The notes beneath the pieces were generated by a model. The model had not been told where the DNA came from. It ran no database searches and was given only the letters and a program-made list of their open reading frames with translations. This document shows positions 60,928 through 64,000 of a stretch of 64,000 bases of DNA, piece by piece (the stretch's first letter is position 1; every line of letters starts with the position of its first letter). A program made the translations under genes and the position numbers. This DNA comes from Trueperaceae bacterium. Lineage in GTDB: Bacteria > Deinococcota > Deinococci > Deinococcales > Trueperaceae. The stretch spans positions 1,056,001 through 1,120,000 of the forward strand of contig JAXHLW010000013.1 of NCBI GenBank assembly GCA_034521815.1, written 5' to 3'.

Positions 60928-61496
60928 GCGAAGCGAACGCCACCCACCCGGCGACGACGGAGACCGCTGCCGACCTCTACGGCCTGGTGGCCGAGTTCGA
61001 GGAGGTCGAGGCGCTCGAGGCCGCCGCCGACCGGGCACGAGAGGCGGGCTACCGCACCATGGACGCGTACACGCCGTACCCCGTCGAAGGCCTCGACGAC
61101 CGGCTGGGATTCGCGCCCACCAAGCTGGGCTGGATCGTGCTGGCCGCCGGAATCGCCGGCGCGCTGGGAGGGTTCTTCCTGCAGTACTTCGCGAACGTGA
61201 TCTGGTACCCGCTGAACATCGGCGGCAAGCCGCTGAACAGCTGGCCGAACTTCATCGTGATCACCTTCGAGGTCACCGTGCTGCTCTCGGCCTTCACCGC
61301 CGGCCTGTTCATGCTTGGACGCAACGGCCTGCCGCGTCCCTACCACCCGATCTTCAACACGCCCAACTTCGTCGCCGCGACCCGCGATCGGTTCTTCCTG
61401 TGCATCGAGGCCCGCGACGAACGATTCGATCCGGACGAGACGCGCGCCTTCCTCGAGGGCCTCGGCCCCGTGCGCGTCTCGGAAGTGGAGCGCTAA
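60924..61496 (+). CDS. actD: Alternative complex III subunit (DUF3341)
   Basis: YGLVAEF, MDAYTPYPVEG, YPLNIGGKP, ITFEVTVL, DRFFLCI; GTGA overlap with actC. Confidence 0.92.
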   Translation: MSEANATHPATTETAADLYGLVAEFEEVEALEAAADRAREAGYRTMDAYTPYPVEGLDDRLGFAPTKLGWIVLAAGIAGALGGFFLQYFANVIWYPLNIGGKPLNSWPNFIVITFEVTVLLSAFTAGLFMLGRNGLPRPYHPIFNTPNFVAATRDRFFLCIEARDERFDPDETRAFLEGLGPVRVSEVER

Positions 61497-62114
61497 GTGA
61501 CGCCGTCCGACTCTTCCCCCCTGCGGCTCGCCCGCCGCGCCTGGCCGGTGCTGGTGATCGGCTTGGCGCTCGTCCTCTCGGCGTGCGGCCGCAACATGTA
61601 CGACCAGCCCAAGGCTCAAGCGTACGAGGCGAGCCCGTTCTTCGCCGACGGCACCTCGTCCCGGCCGCTGCCTGAAGGCACCGTCTCGCGCGAACGCGGC
61701 GCGATCGACCCGGTCTACCTGACCGGCCAAGGACCGGACGGGCTCGTCGCCGAGCTGCCGATCGAGCTCGACGCCGAGCTTCTCCTGCGTGGCCAGGAGC
61801 GCTACGACATCTTCTGCTCGGCCTGCCACAACTACAACGGCGACGGTCGCGGCATGATCGTTCAGAAAGGCTTCCCGCAGCCCACCTCGTTCCACGATCA
61901 GCGTCTCCTCGACGCACCCGTCGGGTACGTGTTCAACGCCATCACGAACGGGTTCGGCCGCATGTACAGCTACGCGTCGAGGGTCCCCGTCGAAGACCGC
62001 TGGGCGATCGCGGCGTACGTCAAGGCGTTGCAGCTGAGCCAGAACGCGACGGTCGACGACATTCCGCCCGACGTTCTCGAAACGCTCCGCACCACCGAAG
62101 GGCAGGTCCGCTGA
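61497..62114 (+). CDS. actE: Alternative complex III monoheme cytochrome c lipoprotein
   Basis: Lipobox LSAC, MYDQPK, RGQERY.IFCSACH, GFGRM, DRWAIAAYV. Confidence 0.92.
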   Translation: MTPSDSSPLRLARRAWPVLVIGLALVLSACGRNMYDQPKAQAYEASPFFADGTSSRPLPEGTVSRERGAIDPVYLTGQGPDGLVAELPIELDAELLLRGQERYDIFCSACHNYNGDGRGMIVQKGFPQPTSFHDQRLLDAPVGYVFNAITNGFGRMYSYASRVPVEDRWAIAAYVKALQLSQNATVDDIPPDVLETLRTTEGQVR

Positions 62115-63274
62115 TGGAACGCGTCGACTTCCGCCGCGGTCCGCTGATCGCCCTGCTGATCGGTGCGGTCGGCCTGATCGGCGGCGTGCTCGCCGGCCTG
62201 GGCGGCGGCTTCTACGAGTCGTGGCTGCTGGCGTTCCTGTTCTGGGTGGGACTCTCGCTGGGCACGCTGGTGATGCTGGTCATCGGGCACATGGCCGGAG
62301 GGTCGTGGAGCGCGGTGATCCAGCGCCCGCTCGAAGCCGGCGTATCGTTGCTGCCGATCATGGCGCTGCTGTTCCTGCCGGTGCTGTTCGGCATGAACGC
62401 CCTGTACGTCTGGACCGATGCCGCCTACGTGGCCAGCCACCCCTTGGTCGCCGCGAAGACCGCCTACCTGAACACGCCGTTCTTCGTGATCCGCACGGTC
62501 ATCTACTTCGCTCTCTGGCTGTTCGCCGCCTGGCTCTACCTCCGTGGATCGGCCCGGCAGGACCGCGAGCCCCAGCAGAGCGCCGTCATCGGCTACCGCC
62601 TCAAGAGCATGGGCGGACTCTGGATCGTCCTGTACGTGCTGACGATGTCGTTCGCGGGTCGCGACTGGGCGATGTCGCTCACGCCCGAATGGTGGTCGGG
62701 CATCTACGCGGTCATCCTGATGATCTCGCAGACGATCACCGCCGTCGCGTTCATCATCCTGGTGATGGTGGTGCTGGCGGGACGCAGCGCCCGCATCGAC
62801 GACCTGCTCACCGCGAAGCGGCTTCAGGACCTGGGCAACTTCCTGATGGCGTTCCTGATGTTCTGGGCGTACGTGTCGTTCTCGCAGCTGATCATCATCT
62901 GGTCGGGGAACGTCTCGGAGCTGACGCCGTGGTACGTCGTCCGGCTCGGTCCGGGTTGGCTGGCCGTCGGCGGCTTCCTGTTGGCGTTCGGGTTCCTCGC
63001 GCCGTTCGTGATCCTGTTCTCGCGCTGGGTCAAACGCAAGCGCCTGGCGTTGGCGACCGTGGCAGCGTGGGCGATCTTCGTCCAGCTCATGAACCTGATC
63101 TACTTCGTGGTGCCCGCCTTCGAACGTCCCGGCTTCCCGATCACGCTGTCGGACGTCCTGATCTGGCTGGGCGTGGGAGGCGTGTGGTTGTTCTTCTACC
63201 TGCGCCGTCTCGCTGCCCACCCGATCCTGCCCGCTCACGATCCGCGCCTGAAGGGGGCCGAGCAGCATGCCTGA
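62114..63274 (+). CDS. actF: Alternative complex III membrane subunit (NrfD-like paralogue)
   Basis: About 10 TM helices; GGSWS...RPLEA; DWAMSL.PEWWS; DLGN.L...LMFWAY.SFSQ.IIIWSGN. Confidence 0.9.
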   Translation: MERVDFRRGPLIALLIGAVGLIGGVLAGLGGGFYESWLLAFLFWVGLSLGTLVMLVIGHMAGGSWSAVIQRPLEAGVSLLPIMALLFLPVLFGMNALYVWTDAAYVASHPLVAAKTAYLNTPFFVIRTVIYFALWLFAAWLYLRGSARQDREPQQSAVIGYRLKSMGGLWIVLYVLTMSFAGRDWAMSLTPEWWSGIYAVILMISQTITAVAFIILVMVVLAGRSARIDDLLTAKRLQDLGNFLMAFLMFWAYVSFSQLIIIWSGNVSELTPWYVVRLGPGWLAVGGFLLAFGFLAPFVILFSRWVKRKRLALATVAAWAIFVQLMNLIYFVVPAFERPGFPITLSDVLIWLGVGGVWLFFYLRRLAAHPILPAHDPRLKGAEQHA

Positions 63275-64000
63275 GCGAGACGACCGCCTCGTGAGCGAAA
63301 CCGGAGTCCGCAACGCGTTCGTCGCCAGCGGCGTCGGCATGGTCGCGGTGCTGGTGTTCGTCCTGATCCTCGCGACGACGCAGCCGCAGGGCACGTTCCA
63401 GCCGGCCGACGATCAGCAGTACCGGGCGACCCTTCTCGCAGCGACCGACGACCTCGAGGGCTACGAGCTGATCGGCGAGGATCGCGCGCGGATCGACATC
63501 GCGCGTGCGATGGATCTCGTCGCGGAGCGTGGCGTCGATCTTTCGCTCACGGCTGTCGGCGCGCCCGCCGCGTCCGCTATGCCTGCCGAGCCCGCTGCGC
63601 AGGCCGAGGGTGCCGACGAAACGGACGTCGCCGCTGACGACCAGGCCGAGGCGGCTCCAGACGACCAGACCGCTGCCGACGATGCAGCGCCCGCAGCACA
63701 GGCCGACGCGCCCGAGGTGGACGGAGAGGCGGTGTACGCGTCGAACTGCACCGCGTGCCACCAAGCCACCGGTCAGGGCATTCCGGGCGCCTTTCCACCG
63801 CTCGCAGGCGGCCACGCGGCCGAGCTCGCGAGCGTCGAGGGCGGCCGGGACTACCTGATTCACGCCATGCTGTACGGCGTCCAGGGTCAGCTGGTCGTGA
63901 ACGGCACCTCCTACTCGGGCGTCATGCCCGCTTGGCAGCAGCTCTCCGACGGCCAGATCTCTGCGGTCCTGAACTACGTCACGACCGCCTGGGACAACGA
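63267..64000 (+). CDS. ActG-like N-terminus fused to a class I cytochrome c (c552-like); partial
   Basis: Open from ATG 63267 to the window end (absent from the ORF track). One TM helix, LEGYELIGEDRARIDIARAMDLVAERG, acidic linker, then NCTACHQATGQG.PGAFPPLAG...Y.GVMP. Confidence 0.85.
   Translation, partial: MPERDDRLVSETGVRNAFVASGVGMVAVLVFVLILATTQPQGTFQPADDQQYRATLLAATDDLEGYELIGEDRARIDIARAMDLVAERGVDLSLTAVGAPAASAMPAEPAAQAEGADETDVAADDQAEAAPDDQTAADDAAPAAQADAPEVDGEAVYASNCTACHQATGQGIPGAFPPLAGGHAAELASVEGGRDYLIHAMLYGVQGQLVVNGTSYSGVMPAWQQLSDGQISAVLNYVTTAWDN

Noticed and set aside
56422-61038. 1538-aa minus-strand ORF, and similar long ORFs such as 17349-20693(-), 50503-52944(-) and 12653-14800(+)
   Set aside because: Antisense or alternate-frame shadows of well-supported genes, expected in very GC-rich DNA; no motifs and Arg/Gly/Ala-rich composition.

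Overview
High-GC core-genome window from a Deinococcota (Deinococcus-Thermus) bacterium, probably Trueperaceae-like. The assignment rests on the LysW-type lysine cluster, the 7Fe ferredoxin, bshC, a short ClpC and many leaderless genes. Gene order: 3' end of glnA; a large GH13 alpha-amylase-family gene; an Ig/cohesin-like lipoprotein and a dockerin-bearing secreted pseudo-metalloprotease (split by a 20-bp duplication); pterin dehydratase; a 668-aa hypothetical; ferredoxin; lysW-X-Y-[ycaQ-like glycosylase]-Z-J-K; mutY, thioesterase, guaB, bshC; a three-gene glycerol-3-phosphate-dehydrogenase-like module; comB, tagA-like glycosyltransferase, DUF815 ATPase, patatin; dnaX-ybaB-recR, topA, recO, plsY, folC, an HD protein, a SpoIIM-like protein, a metalloenzyme, trpS, M23 peptidase, hpt, pseudouridine synthase, PhzF-family, aminopeptidase, rhodanese, 3-hydroxybutyrate dehydrogenase; tRNA-Leu(CAG), glyQS, clpC-radA-PIN/TRAM, tRNA-Ala(UGC); and an alternative complex III operon (actABCDEF plus an ActG-cytochrome c fusion) running off the end. 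No mobile element, CRISPR array or defence island is visible. Most notable: (1) a candidate non-cellulosomal cohesin-dockerin surface system with an inactivated metzincin-like domain; (2) dnaX with A7 plus a hairpin where -1 recoding would be needed for the long product; (3) a crosslink-repair glycosylase translationally coupled inside the lysine operon; (4) a CsoR/CstR-type operator on the rhodanese promoter; (5) apparent ACG/CTG start codons and small coupled uORFs. All family calls come from motif recognition by eye, not database searches. Several frame anomalies could be assembly errors.
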